From Armatimonadota bacterium (GTDB lineage: Bacteria > Armatimonadota > SYMT01), in NCBI GenBank assembly GCA_046292385.1, contig JBKBRF010000050.1, forward strand, positions 1 through 49,502: a DNA stretch of 49,502 bases. Reading direction: 5' to 3'. Below the pieces are notes generated by a model. The model worked only from the letters and a program-made list of their open reading frames with translations, did not search any database and had not been told where the DNA came from. Positions 26,217-35,697 of this stretch are shown here, piece after piece. Every line of letters begins with the position of its first letter. Positions within the stretch are counted from its first letter, which is position 1. The translations under genes and the position numbers were made by a program.

Positions 26217-27737
26217 ATGCCTCTGGATGAAGGGAACGAGCTGATCCGCAACCGCATGGAGAAGCTCCAGCGGCTGCGCGAGCAGGGCCTCGACCCATTT
26301 GCCGCCGAGCGGTACGACCGCACCCACACCACCGCGGAAGCGGTGGAGCAGTTCCGCGCCCGCGAGTCCCAGGACGAGCCGGAGCCGCTCCAGGCGCGCC
26401 TGGCGGGGCGCATCCTCTCCCGGCGCGACATGGGCAAGGCCCGCTTCCTCGACCTCTGGGACGAGTCGGGCCGCATCCAGCTCTACGTGAAGCTGAACAA
26501 CGTGGGCGAGGAAGCGTTCGAGCGGCTCGACCTGGTCGACCTGGGCGACTTCCTCGGCGTCGCCGGCCCGGTCTTCCGCACCCGCACCGGCGAGGTCTCG
26601 ATCGAGGTCCAGGAGCTCGAGATCCTGGCGAAGGCGCTCCGCCCGCTCCCGATCGGCAAGAGCACCGGCGAGGAGCACTACGGCGACGTGACCGACGTGG
26701 AGTTCCGCTACCGGCAGCGCTACGCCGACCTGGCAGTCCATCCGGAGGTGCGGGAGCACTTCCGCCGCCGCTCCCGCATCCTGAAGGGGATCCGCGACTT
26801 CTTCGACGACCGCGGCTACATGGAAGTCGAGACCCCGGTGCTGCAGATGGTCGCCGGCGGCGCGGGAGCGCGGCCGTTCCTGACGCACCACAACGCGCTC
26901 GACTACGACTTCAAGCTGCGCATCTCGCTGGAGCTCTATCTCAAGCGGCTGATCGTGGGCGGCTACGAGAAGGTCTACGAGATCGGCCGCGTCTTCCGCA
27001 ACGAGGGGATCAGCACCCGCCACAACCCGGAGTTCTCCCTGCTAGAGAGCTACGAGGCGTATGCGAACCTGGAAGATATCGAGCGGCTGGTGGAAGAGCT
27101 GGTCTCCGGCCTCGCCATCCAGCTCTACGGGCGGCCGTTCATCCCGCACCCGAGCGGTGAGATCGATCTCTCCCCGCCCTGGCGGCGGCTCCCGATGCTG
27201 GAGGGGATCCGGCAGTACGCGGGGGTGGGTCCGGAGTCGTTCGAGACGTTCGAGTCGGCCCGCGCCACGGGGGAAAAGCTCGGCCTCGACATGACGCACG
27301 AGGGGAACGTCGGCGGCATCATCGAGAAGATCCACGAGCGCTTCGTACAGCCGAACCTGATCAGCCCCACGTTCATCACCGACTTCCCGCTGGAGACCTC
27401 GCCGCTGGCGAAGAAGCGCCCGGACAACCCGCGGCTCACCCGCCGGTTCGAGGCGTACGTCGCCACCGCGGAGCTGGCGAACGCCTTCTCCGAGATCAAC
27501 GACCCGATCGATCAGCGGGAGCGGTTCGAGGCGCAGCTCCAGCTGAAGGAGACCGGCGACGAGGAAGCGCACCCGATGGACGAGGACTTCCTCCGCGCGC
27601 TGGAGTACGGCATGCCGCCGACCGGCGGCCTCGGCATCGGGATTGACCGCCTGGTGATGGTGCTCACCAACACCGAATCGATCCGCGACGCGATCCTCTT
27701 CCCGCAGATGCGCCCCCGACGGGACGCGGACGCCTAG
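26217..27737 (+). CDS. lysS: lysyl-tRNA synthetase (class II)
   Basis: OB fold (AGRI...RDMGK..F), RYRQRY, EVETP, FRNEGIS..HNPEF, EYGMPPTGGLGIGIDRL. Confidence 0.98.
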   Translation: MPLDEGNELIRNRMEKLQRLREQGLDPFAAERYDRTHTTAEAVEQFRARESQDEPEPLQARLAGRILSRRDMGKARFLDLWDESGRIQLYVKLNNVGEEAFERLDLVDLGDFLGVAGPVFRTRTGEVSIEVQELEILAKALRPLPIGKSTGEEHYGDVTDVEFRYRQRYADLAVHPEVREHFRRRSRILKGIRDFFDDRGYMEVETPVLQMVAGGAGARPFLTHHNALDYDFKLRISLELYLKRLIVGGYEKVYEIGRVFRNEGISTRHNPEFSLLESYEAYANLEDIERLVEELVSGLAIQLYGRPFIPHPSGEIDLSPPWRRLPMLEGIRQYAGVGPESFETFESARATGEKLGLDMTHEGNVGGIIEKIHERFVQPNLISPTFITDFPLETSPLAKKRPDNPRLTRRFEAYVATAELANAFSEINDPIDQRERFEAQLQLKETGDEEAHPMDEDFLRALEYGMPPTGGLGIGIDRLVMVLTNTESIRDAILFPQMRPRRDADA

Positions 27738-27751
27738 CCGCCGGTGTGCCA

Positions 27752-27840
27752 GTTAGCAGGTTGCAGGTTTTCAGGTTTGCAGGTGGTCTCACAAGCGCTG
27801 AGCGCACCAACCTGGAACCTGAAACCTGTTAACCTGAAAC
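27752..27840. repeat. inverted-repeat element of tandem CAGGTT / AACCTG units, copy 1
   Basis: Four 7-8 nt CAGGTT units, a unique spacer, four AACCTG units. Confidence 0.8.
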
Positions 27841-27879
27841 TGCATCCCGCGCCTCCGCGGGTGCCGATCAGGAACAGAC

Positions 27880-28383
27880 GTGGCGGTTGAACCCCAGCAA
27901 TTCAAGGAGATGCTGCGGCACTGGGCCAGCGGCATTACCGTGGTGACCGTGCGGGACGAGGACGGGCACGTCCACGGGATGACGGCAAGCTCGTTCACCA
28001 GCGTCTCGCTGCAGCCGCCGCTGGTCTTGCTCTGCATCAACCGGGGCTCCCGCACGCACCACCTGCTCGCGGAGCGCCGGGCGTTTGGGGTGCACCTCCT
28101 TTCGGAAGGAATGGAAGAGCTCTCCAACCGCTGCGCGGGACTGCGCGGGGAGCCGGCGCACCGCCTGGACGATCTACCGCATCAATCCACCCCCACCGGG
28201 GCTCCGATCCTGGAGGGAGCGCTGGCCTGGATGGACTGCACCCTCTGGGCGCAGTACGACGGGGGCGACCACACCATCTACATCGGCGAGATCCAGGCCG
28301 GCGGCACCCGGGAGGGCGCGCCGCTCCTCTGGTACAACCGGGGCTACCGTCACCTGGCGGACCCGGACGACGCGGCGCGTTAG
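27880..28383 (+). CDS. flavin reductase-like FMN-binding protein
   Basis: SGITVVT, GMTASSFTSVSLQPPL, GGDHTIYIGE. Confidence 0.93.
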   Translation: MAVEPQQFKEMLRHWASGITVVTVRDEDGHVHGMTASSFTSVSLQPPLVLLCINRGSRTHHLLAERRAFGVHLLSEGMEELSNRCAGLRGEPAHRLDDLPHQSTPTGAPILEGALAWMDCTLWAQYDGGDHTIYIGEIQAGGTREGAPLLWYNRGYRHLADPDDAAR

Positions 28384-28435
28384 CAGCGGTCCCGGCGACG
28401 TCGGGATCCGGGAATGGCGGCGGAAGGCGAATCGG

Positions 28436-29284
28436 ATGGAACACGGGAGTCTACAGTCGGCGGCGGAGGAGACGTCGGAGCTGCTCGCGAGCTACTTCCG
28501 GGAGCGCGTGCTGCCGCACCCGCTCCTGGCTCCCGTCCTGCCCGAGGCGGCGGTCTGCGTGACCGGCTCCGTGGCGCTCGGCGTCTGGGACGAGCGCTCC
28601 GACTTCAACCTCCGCTGGATCCTGCCGGACGAGGAGCACGCGGCGCTCGCCGCCAGGCTGGAGCAGGAGGGACTGTGGGAGCCCGCCTCGGACTCCCGCC
28701 TCCGCATCGTCGACCGAGAGCCGTTCCGCCGCTATCCCGGCGTGGAGCTGCTGCTCCTGTCGCAGTCGCAGGTGCGGCAGGAGCTCCGGTTCGATCTCCC
28801 GGTCAGTCTCTGGGTTTACACCCACTCGGAAGTCTACCAGGACCCGCACCAGACGCTCGCCGCGCTGGTGGCGGAGGCCGAAGAGCGGTTCCAGAGGGAC
28901 CTGGGGAACCTTCGCTGCGAGCACTACTACCGCTTCCGCCAGGCGCGCAGCGGCCTCATCTCCCCAATCATGCCGCGCCGCCTCAACACGGTGCTCGCCA
29001 TGAAGCGCGGCGACGCCGTGCGGGAAGCGCTGCGGCTCGCCTTCCTGGCGGACGGCAAGCCGTACCCGTACGACAAGTGGCTGGAAGTGGCCGCGGAGCG
29101 GGAGACGCAGTGCGGCTCCGGCATCGTGACCGCCGTCCGCGCTCTCATCGCCGCCCGCGAGCCGGAGTCGATCGAGCGCGCCGGCAAGGTGCTGCGAGAC
29201 CGGGTCGCCTTTGCCCTCCAGCAGGGCGGCGTGAGCGAGCCGTGGCTGGAGCAGTGGTGGCTCTGGCCCTCTATCGCACCCTAG
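28436..29284 (+). CDS. nucleotidyltransferase-fold protein with DUF4037-like C-terminus
   Basis: VTGSVALG..D..SDFN (Pol-beta-like GS..DxD with D->N); PYPYDKWL. Confidence 0.65.
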   Translation: MEHGSLQSAAEETSELLASYFRERVLPHPLLAPVLPEAAVCVTGSVALGVWDERSDFNLRWILPDEEHAALAARLEQEGLWEPASDSRLRIVDREPFRRYPGVELLLLSQSQVRQELRFDLPVSLWVYTHSEVYQDPHQTLAALVAEAEERFQRDLGNLRCEHYYRFRQARSGLISPIMPRRLNTVLAMKRGDAVREALRLAFLADGKPYPYDKWLEVAAERETQCGSGIVTAVRALIAAREPESIERAGKVLRDRVAFALQQGGVSEPWLEQWWLWPSIAP

Positions 29285-29356
29285 ATTCGAGATAGAGCGA
29301 CGGACCGCGGGTAGCGATGGGGGTGTCGCCGCTCGATCGATCGAATGCGCTTCCGT

Positions 29357-30436
29357 CTACCGCAGCCAGTCGTCGAGGTGAGCCGCGACAAACCGGTCGT
29401 CGTTCTGGTCCGGATAGGCACGGTAGACTCGATCAATCTCCGCCGCCTGGCCAGGAGAGAGGGTCTCGTTCGGGGCCAGGCACCAGTTTCCCGCAAGCAG
29501 TCCCTGCCGTCGGAGGACTTCGTGCAAGCCCGCGACGCAGCCGGCGTACTCATGCGCCGCATCGAAGAAAGCGGCGTTGGCGTCCGTGACCTGGATCGCC
29601 CGCGTGAGCCAATGCGGCGCGAGTGACGACTGCTCGCGGGCCGCCTTGATCTCCTCCAGCAGCATAACCGCTTGCCGGGTCCAGACGGCCCAGTGCCCGA
29701 GCAGGCCCCCCGCGAAGAACCGGCGCACTCTCTCGTCTCCGACGTTGAGCTCCCACGACGTGAGCAGGTCGAGAATGATGTTGTCGTCGTTCCCGGTGTA
29801 GAGGGCGATGTCGTCCCGACCGGCTTCCATCACGGCGCGGACGACGTCCAGCGTCTGGTAGCGGTTGAACGGCGCCACTTTGATGGCGACGACGTTCTCG
29901 ATCTCCGCGAAGCGGCGCCAGAATTGATAGCCGAAGGTGCGCCCGCCGACGGCCGATTGCAGATAGAAGCCGAACAGCGGGATCAGCTCGGCCACGGCTC
30001 GGCAGTGCTCCAGCACCGCATCCTCGGACTGGTCGGCTGTCCACGCGAGACTGAGCAGCCCCGCGTCATAGCCGAGAGCTCTGGCGATCTGCGCCTCTCG
30101 CACGGCCTGCGGGGTCGGGCCGCAGAGACCCGCTATCTTCACCAGCGGACGAGGCGCCCGGCTCAGCACCGTCGCGGCGGTCTCGGCTGCCAGCTCCAGC
30201 ACGGGGCGGTAGAGGCCGCGCTCGCGGATGGCGAACTGGGTCGTGTGGACACCGACCGCGATGCCGCCCGCGCCCGCAGCGAGGTAATACCGGGTGAGCG
30301 CCTGCTGCCGGCGCTCGTCCAGCCGGCGGCTCTCGTCCAGGGCGAGCGGGTGGGCGGGGATCACCTGCCCCGCGAGCAGGTGCGCCCGCAGGTCGGCCGA
30401 GCACCCGCTGTTGGCTGCGGCGGCCAGGGGCGGCAT
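29357..30436 (-). CDS. dihydrodipicolinate synthase (DapA/NanA aldolase) family protein
   Basis: VIPAHPLAL, GVHTTQF, FYLQ, AIKVAPFNRY, LYTGNDD. Confidence 0.88.
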   Translation of the reverse strand: MPPLAAAANSGCSADLRAHLLAGQVIPAHPLALDESRRLDERRQQALTRYYLAAGAGGIAVGVHTTQFAIRERGLYRPVLELAAETAATVLSRAPRPLVKIAGLCGPTPQAVREAQIARALGYDAGLLSLAWTADQSEDAVLEHCRAVAELIPLFGFYLQSAVGGRTFGYQFWRRFAEIENVVAIKVAPFNRYQTLDVVRAVMEAGRDDIALYTGNDDNIILDLLTSWELNVGDERVRRFFAGGLLGHWAVWTRQAVMLLEEIKAAREQSSLAPHWLTRAIQVTDANAAFFDAAHEYAGCVAGLHEVLRRQGLLAGNWCLAPNETLSPGQAAEIDRVYRAYPDQNDDRFVAAHLDDWLR

Positions 30437-30439
30437 GGA

Positions 30440-31525
30440 TCAGTACTTTCCGTCACGCGTCTCGAAGTGGGTGGGCTTGCCGAGGGTTCGGCCTCCACTC
30501 TGCAGCCAGTGCGCTGCCCACTCGATCATCCTCTCCAGAGGCACGGAGGGATAGCCGAACAGTGCGTGCGCCTTTGAGGCATTCGCAAGCAGCGCCGTCT
30601 CCGCCTCCTGTCCTACGATCCGCGGCTCCCGTCCGAAGAGCTCGCCAAAGCGGTGCGCCAGCGCTCGAACGGAGAGGGTCTCCGGGCCCGTGAGATTCAG
30701 GGCGAACGGCGGAGAAGAGGCATAGGGCAGACACCGGATCGCCTGGGCGCACGCGTCTCCCTGCCAGATGACGTTGACAAAGCCCATCGTCACGTCGACC
30801 GGCTCACCAGCCAGCACCTTGGTCGCGATGTCCACCAGCACCCCGTAACGCAGGTCGATCGCGTAGTTCAGCCGGCAGAACACGACCGGGGTCCCGTTCC
30901 TCCGCGAGAAGTAGCCGAACAGGCGCTCCCGCCCGACGCATGAGCTGGCATAGTCGCCCACCGGCTCCAGCAGATCTCCCTCCCGCGATCCGCCGGACAC
31001 GACCGGCACCTGCGGGTAAACACAGCCTGTGGAGAAGACTGCGGTACGGGCGCGCGGGTATCTCTCGGCGATCAGAGCCGGAACGTAGCAGTTCATGGCC
31101 CATGTCGCCTCCGGAGCCGCGCTCGTTCCGAACTTCTGCCCCGCCATGAAGACGACGTTCTCCGCCTCCGGCAGGCGGGTCACCTGATCGCGGTCGGTAA
31201 GGTCACCGCGGATCGTCTCGATCCCCGCCGCGTCCAGAACCGACCTTGAGCGCTCCTCGGAGAAACGAGCTACGGCCCAGACCCGCCGCTTCGCTCCGCC
31301 GCACGCGTCCAAGCCCCGGCGGAGCATCCGGGCGAGGCTCGGGCCCATCTTGCCGCCGGCGCCGAGGACGACGAAGTCGCCCTCCAGGGACCCGACCGCA
31401 GCGACCACTTCGGCGCTGGGACGGGAGAGGAGCTCCTCCAGCGCTTCCTCAGTGTGCGGAGTCTCTCCGTCGTCTGGAGCCTGACCCGCGCCGGTGGCAC
31501 GCGAGAATGAGTGGTCGTCTGTCAT
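30440..31525 (-). CDS. NAD-dependent epimerase/dehydratase
   Basis: VLGAGGKMG Rossmann motif, MAGQKFG, FSTGCVY, RLNYA. Confidence 0.9.
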   Translation of the reverse strand: MTDDHSFSRATGAGQAPDDGETPHTEEALEELLSRPSAEVVAAVGSLEGDFVVLGAGGKMGPSLARMLRRGLDACGGAKRRVWAVARFSEERSRSVLDAAGIETIRGDLTDRDQVTRLPEAENVVFMAGQKFGTSAAPEATWAMNCYVPALIAERYPRARTAVFSTGCVYPQVPVVSGGSREGDLLEPVGDYASSCVGRERLFGYFSRRNGTPVVFCRLNYAIDLRYGVLVDIATKVLAGEPVDVTMGFVNVIWQGDACAQAIRCLPYASSPPFALNLTGPETLSVRALAHRFGELFGREPRIVGQEAETALLANASKAHALFGYPSVPLERMIEWAAHWLQSGGRTLGKPTHFETRDGKY

Positions 31526-31576
31526 AGCAACACTGCTCCCTCGCCGGGCTGCGGGCGCGGCGCGTGAGATCGGCGA

Positions 31577-31969
31577 CTATAGCTCGGGGACAAACGCGTC
31601 CCGGATCACCTCTACGGTGGCGACATCGCCGTTCAGCACCACCACCTCCACCACGTCGAACCGCACCGGCCGGTCTTCGAGCCCCGGCGTCTCCCGGTGT
31701 GCGTGGAGGTAGTGGACCGCCGCCCGCCCCAGCCGCTGCTGCTTGGTCCAGCCGACCGCCTCCTGCGGCAGCCCGTGACGCAGGGTCGCCCGTGCCTTCA
31801 CCTCCACGAACACGAGCGCCTCGCCCTCCTCCGCCACCAGGTCGGCTTCCCCACCCCGGCAGTGATAGTTGCGCGTCAGAATGCGATACCCCCTCCGCTC
31901 CAGCTCTTCCGCGGCGGCGTTCTCTCCCAGGCGGCCCAACCAGGCGCGGTGTTCGGATTCGGATCGCAT
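31577..31969 (-). CDS. yraN: YraN family (UPF0102) endonuclease-fold protein
   Basis: LGE..A...L...GY.IL.RNY, GEADLV, FVEVKAR, RFDVV. Confidence 0.93.
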   Translation of the reverse strand: MRSESEHRAWLGRLGENAAAEELERRGYRILTRNYHCRGGEADLVAEEGEALVFVEVKARATLRHGLPQEAVGWTKQQRLGRAAVHYLHAHRETPGLEDRPVRFDVVEVVVLNGDVATVEVIRDAFVPEL

Positions 31970-32022
31970 GGGATTTCACCGCGGAGGGCGCGTGAGGGGG
32001 CGGAAGACAGTCGAGCCGGAGT

Positions 32023-33102
32023 CTACCTATTGTCGCAGGTTTCACCTTCACCAATGCAGGTAGCAATCCGCTCGGCTGCGGCGGCGGCGAGGGTGATGCC
32101 GTCGCCTTCGAAGCCGCAGGCGAGGTAGAGGCCGGGGAGGCCGCTCGGACCGGCGTGGGGGCCGTCGGCGCACCGGGGCCGAAAGCCGACGTCGCGCCGG
32201 GTCCACGGCACGGTGGTCGCGGCGGGCAGGTAGCGCTCGGCGGAGGCGAGGACCGCCGGCGCCCATGCTTCCGCGCCTACGGTGGAGAAGCCGGCGCGCT
32301 CCCGGGTGCCGCCGAGAACGCACTCCCCGTCCGGGTGCTGCTGAAAGCTGAAACCGACCCCACCCGGCGCCTCCCCGAACTTGACGCAGAGGTAGTCGGC
32401 GCCGAGGAGCGGGCGCGTGGCGAGGCAACGGTCCGCGGTTCCCCGGAGCAGCAGGCCCCGGTACGGCTCGATCCGGAGGTCGAGGCCGGCGCTCCGGGCC
32501 AACTCCGCGCTCCACGGTCCCGCGGCGAGGACCACCGCTTCCGCCTGCAGGTCGACCCCGGCGCGCACCCCCTTGACGGCGCCGTCATCCAGCAGCAACC
32601 GCTCGACCGGCGCGGCGAGAACCTCCGCGCCGTCCGCCTCCGCCTGCGACAGCCAGAGGGAAGCGAGGGGGACCGGGCCGACCTGCGCGTCCAGCGGGCA
32701 GAAGGTGCCGGCGCGCACCGCCGGGCCGATCTCCGGTTCCAGCTCCCGCGCTTCCGCGGCGTCGAGCCACGCCAGCGGAACGCCCGCGCGGGTCAGCGCT
32801 TCGTGGTGCGCCCGCAGCGCTTCGACCTCGGCATCGGTCGCCGCCAGCACCAGGCTGCCGCGGCGGGCATAGCGGAGCTCCGCTTCGCGGCCAGCGGCGA
32901 GCTTTTCCAGCAGCTCCAGGCTGCGGCGCGCCATCTCCAGCGAGGAGCCGGGGCGCTTCGACTGCAGGAGCAGGTGACCGCCGGAGAGAGCGGTGGTGCT
33001 GCGGGCGGGCAGGTGGAGCACCGTCACCCGGTGGCCGGCCCGCGAGAGGGCTGCGGCGCACGCCGCCCCGACCGCCCCCGCGCCGATCACGATCACCTTC
33101 AC
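32023..33102 (-). CDS. FAD-dependent oxidoreductase (glycine/D-amino acid oxidase family)
   Basis: VIGAGAVG, VVLAAGPWS, GFRP, GFEGDGITLA. Confidence 0.9.
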   Translation of the reverse strand: MKVIVIGAGAVGAACAAALSRAGHRVTVLHLPARSTTALSGGHLLLQSKRPGSSLEMARRSLELLEKLAAGREAELRYARRGSLVLAATDAEVEALRAHHEALTRAGVPLAWLDAAEARELEPEIGPAVRAGTFCPLDAQVGPVPLASLWLSQAEADGAEVLAAPVERLLLDDGAVKGVRAGVDLQAEAVVLAAGPWSAELARSAGLDLRIEPYRGLLLRGTADRCLATRPLLGADYLCVKFGEAPGGVGFSFQQHPDGECVLGGTRERAGFSTVGAEAWAPAVLASAERYLPAATTVPWTRRDVGFRPRCADGPHAGPSGLPGLYLACGFEGDGITLAAAAAERIATCIGEGETCDNR

Positions 33103-33127
33103 GCCCGCACCTGCGCAGAGGCCGGCC

Positions 33128-33586
33128 TCAGGAGAGGCCGGGGACCTCGATGTTCCGCTCCCGCGCGATGTTCGCGTAGCGGCGGATCGACTGGAGCGAC
33201 ATGCGGCGGCGCTCCAGCGCCTGGTTGATCTTCAGGATCAGCAGCTCGAAGACGTCGACTCCCGGGATGTTCTTCTCCACGTAGTCGAACGCGCCGCGCC
33301 GCATGCATTCCACGGCGTTGCCGACGTTTCCGTAGGCAGTCAGCACGATCACCTCGCTGAAGATATCCCGGCTCAGCGCCGCTTCCAGCGTCTGGACCCC
33401 GCTCTCCGGGTCCTCCATCACCATGTCGGTGAGGATCAGGTCATACGGCGGCTGCGCGGCGAGGATCCTCTCGATCCCGACCGCCTGGCCGTCCGCCTCG
33501 TCCACCTGGTAGCCCTCACGCTGCAGGCGGCGGCTGATGGCGCTGCGGACGTCGTCTTCGTCGTCAATGACGAGTAACCGGTACAT
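33128..33586 (-). CDS. response regulator receiver protein
   Basis: LVIDDE, LTDMVM, LTAYG, GAFDYVEK; no output domain. Confidence 0.92.
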   Translation of the reverse strand: MYRLLVIDDEDDVRSAISRRLQREGYQVDEADGQAVGIERILAAQPPYDLILTDMVMEDPESGVQTLEAALSRDIFSEVIVLTAYGNVGNAVECMRRGAFDYVEKNIPGVDVFELLILKINQALERRRMSLQSIRRYANIARERNIEVPGLS

Positions 33587-33702
33587 ACTCTCGTCTACTC
33601 CCTCTCCACGCTCTCCCGAACGCGCTACTCTATCAGCCGCCGCTTTCCCTGTCACTTCTCCGTTTGTTCGGCCGACTCCTCAACGGAACGGAGCCGGGCG
33701 CC

Positions 33703-35559
33703 TCACCCCACCGGCTCCGGCGCCGGCGGCGCGGCGTAGCGGCTGGTCGGCAGCACGATCAGGAAGTGCGCCCCCTCGCCCAGCCGGCCGACCTCCGCAA
33801 TCACGCCCTGGTGCGCGTCGATGATCCCCTTGACGATCGAGAGCCCCAGCCCCATCCCCTTGGAGCGGGTGGTGAAGAACGGGGTGAAGAGCTTGCTCTT
33901 GTTCTCCTCCGGAATGCCGGGCCCCCGGTCCAGCACCTCCACCCGCACCGCCGCTCCGTCCTCCCGCCAGGCCGGCGGCACGCGGAGATCCGGGTAGGCG
34001 CTCCGCTCCGCCTCGGTCCAGGGGCCGGTAATCACCCGCACGGCGCCCCCCTCCGCCTGATGGTTCACGGCGTTCTCCAGCAGCTCGGAGAGCGCGCGGC
34101 GGAAGCGGGCGGGGTCGAGCGACACCGGCGGCAGGCCCTCCGCCGTCTCCACCTCCAGCGTCACCACGCCGGAGCGGGGCAGCGTCTCCCGCGCCACCGT
34201 CTGCACCAGCTCGTTCAGGTCGGCGGGACGGCGGTCCAGGTGGGTCGCCATCAGGAAGTCGCGGAACTCGGTCAGGATCTCCTCGAGCTGGAAAACGCTC
34301 TGCGTGGCGCGGCGGACCACCTCCGTCACCACGTCCGGGCTGAACTCCGGCTGCTTGGCGAGGTAGCCGAGCTCGTTGAGCTGGCCTTTCAGGGCGAAGA
34401 CCTTGTTCCCGATCATGTGCGCGGAGCGAGCCGACATCTCCCCCCACGCCGCCATCCGCTCCATCTGGAGCTGGCTCGCGATCAGCGTCTGCTGGGTCAC
34501 GGCGGCGCCGACCTGCTTGGCGAGCGTGCTCAGCAGCTTCTCGTCCCGCTCGGTGAAGTCGTTTCGGATGATGGAGCTGGCCGGCTTGCGCCGCGCCACC
34601 CGCAGCACGCCCCACAGCTCGGAGCGCTGGAAGACCGGCACCCCCATGTAGGCTTCGATGATCTCGTTGGTCAGCGCCGGGTAGACACCCCGCCACCGCG
34701 GGTCTTCCCGCACGTCGGGCACGCGCACCAGCTCCCGGTGCTCCGCCACCCAGCCGGTCAGCCCTTCGCCGAGCGCGTAGGTCATCGTGCCCACGTGACT
34801 GGCCAGCTGCGTGCTGGTGGCGCGCAGGACGAGGCGCCCCCGGGACGGGTCGAGCTGGAAGATGGAGCACTCGTCCGCGCGGAGGATGCGGGCGGAGCTG
34901 AGGACGACGCGGTTGAGCAGCTCGTCCATGTCGGTGCTGGAGGCGAGCTCGTTGCCGATCTCGATCAGCGCCGCCTCCCGCGCCCGGTAGTTCGCCACGC
35001 TGATGGCGATGGCGGCCTCCGCGGCGACCGCGCCGAGGAGCTGGAGGTCGCGCTGGCTGAAGGCGTCGACCTGCTCGCTCTCCACGTTGATGACGCCGAT
35101 CACGCGGCCGTCCCGGTTCACCAGCGGCGCGGCGATCTCGCTGCGCACGTCCGGGAAGAACATCACGTAGTGCGGGTCCTGCCGCACGTCGCCGCTCACA
35201 TACGGGACCCCGGTACAGACCACCTGCACGGTAATCCCGCTCCCCGGCGCGTCGGTGATCTCCAGCCGGCGGGACGGCGCGCGCTCCCACCCCTGTCCCG
35301 CGGTGATCCGCAATTCCAGCTCGCCGCGGGAGCGGTCGACGAGGCCGATGAAGCCGCGGTTGCCGCCGACGGCGTCGAGCGCCTCTTCCAGGATCGCGCG
35401 GAGCAGCTGGTCGAGGTCGAGCACGGCGCTGAGGAAGCGCCCGGCCCGGTAGAACGACTCGAGCTCCAGGCACTCGGCCGGAAGCTCGGCCCGCCCGCGC
35501 GGCGCGTCGGAGCCGTCGCCGAGGTGGTCGGAGGTGGAGGAGATTTCGAGGTCAGACAT
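33703..35559 (-). CDS. cytoplasmic GAF-GAF sensor histidine kinase
   Basis: Two GAF domains (DVRQDPHY..SEIAAPL; DVREDPRW..YMGVPV); H-box AHMIGN; N-box ELLENA; DRGPGI; FTPFFTT; GMGLGL. Confidence 0.95.
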   Translation of the reverse strand: MSDLEISSTSDHLGDGSDAPRGRAELPAECLELESFYRAGRFLSAVLDLDQLLRAILEEALDAVGGNRGFIGLVDRSRGELELRITAGQGWERAPSRRLEITDAPGSGITVQVVCTGVPYVSGDVRQDPHYVMFFPDVRSEIAAPLVNRDGRVIGVINVESEQVDAFSQRDLQLLGAVAAEAAIAISVANYRAREAALIEIGNELASSTDMDELLNRVVLSSARILRADECSIFQLDPSRGRLVLRATSTQLASHVGTMTYALGEGLTGWVAEHRELVRVPDVREDPRWRGVYPALTNEIIEAYMGVPVFQRSELWGVLRVARRKPASSIIRNDFTERDEKLLSTLAKQVGAAVTQQTLIASQLQMERMAAWGEMSARSAHMIGNKVFALKGQLNELGYLAKQPEFSPDVVTEVVRRATQSVFQLEEILTEFRDFLMATHLDRRPADLNELVQTVARETLPRSGVVTLEVETAEGLPPVSLDPARFRRALSELLENAVNHQAEGGAVRVITGPWTEAERSAYPDLRVPPAWREDGAAVRVEVLDRGPGIPEENKSKLFTPFFTTRSKGMGLGLSIVKGIIDAHQGVIAEVGRLGEGAHFLIVLPTSRYAAPPAPEPVG

Positions 35560-35697
35560 CGCGGAATTCTATCGGCATGCCCGCGCCTGCGACCGGCTTC
35601 GTGGCGCCCCGGAAGATTGCGTTTCTACCATGTTGGCAGGGGTTCTGCCAATGACGCGCCAACCGTCCCCTGGCTGACCGACTCAGAGGAGCGTGTG

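Noticed and set aside
33664..35697. Apparent 1068-aa fusion ORF 33664-36870
   Set aside because: The first two thirds are antisense to the histidine kinase; the real gene starts at ATG 35698 with its own SD.
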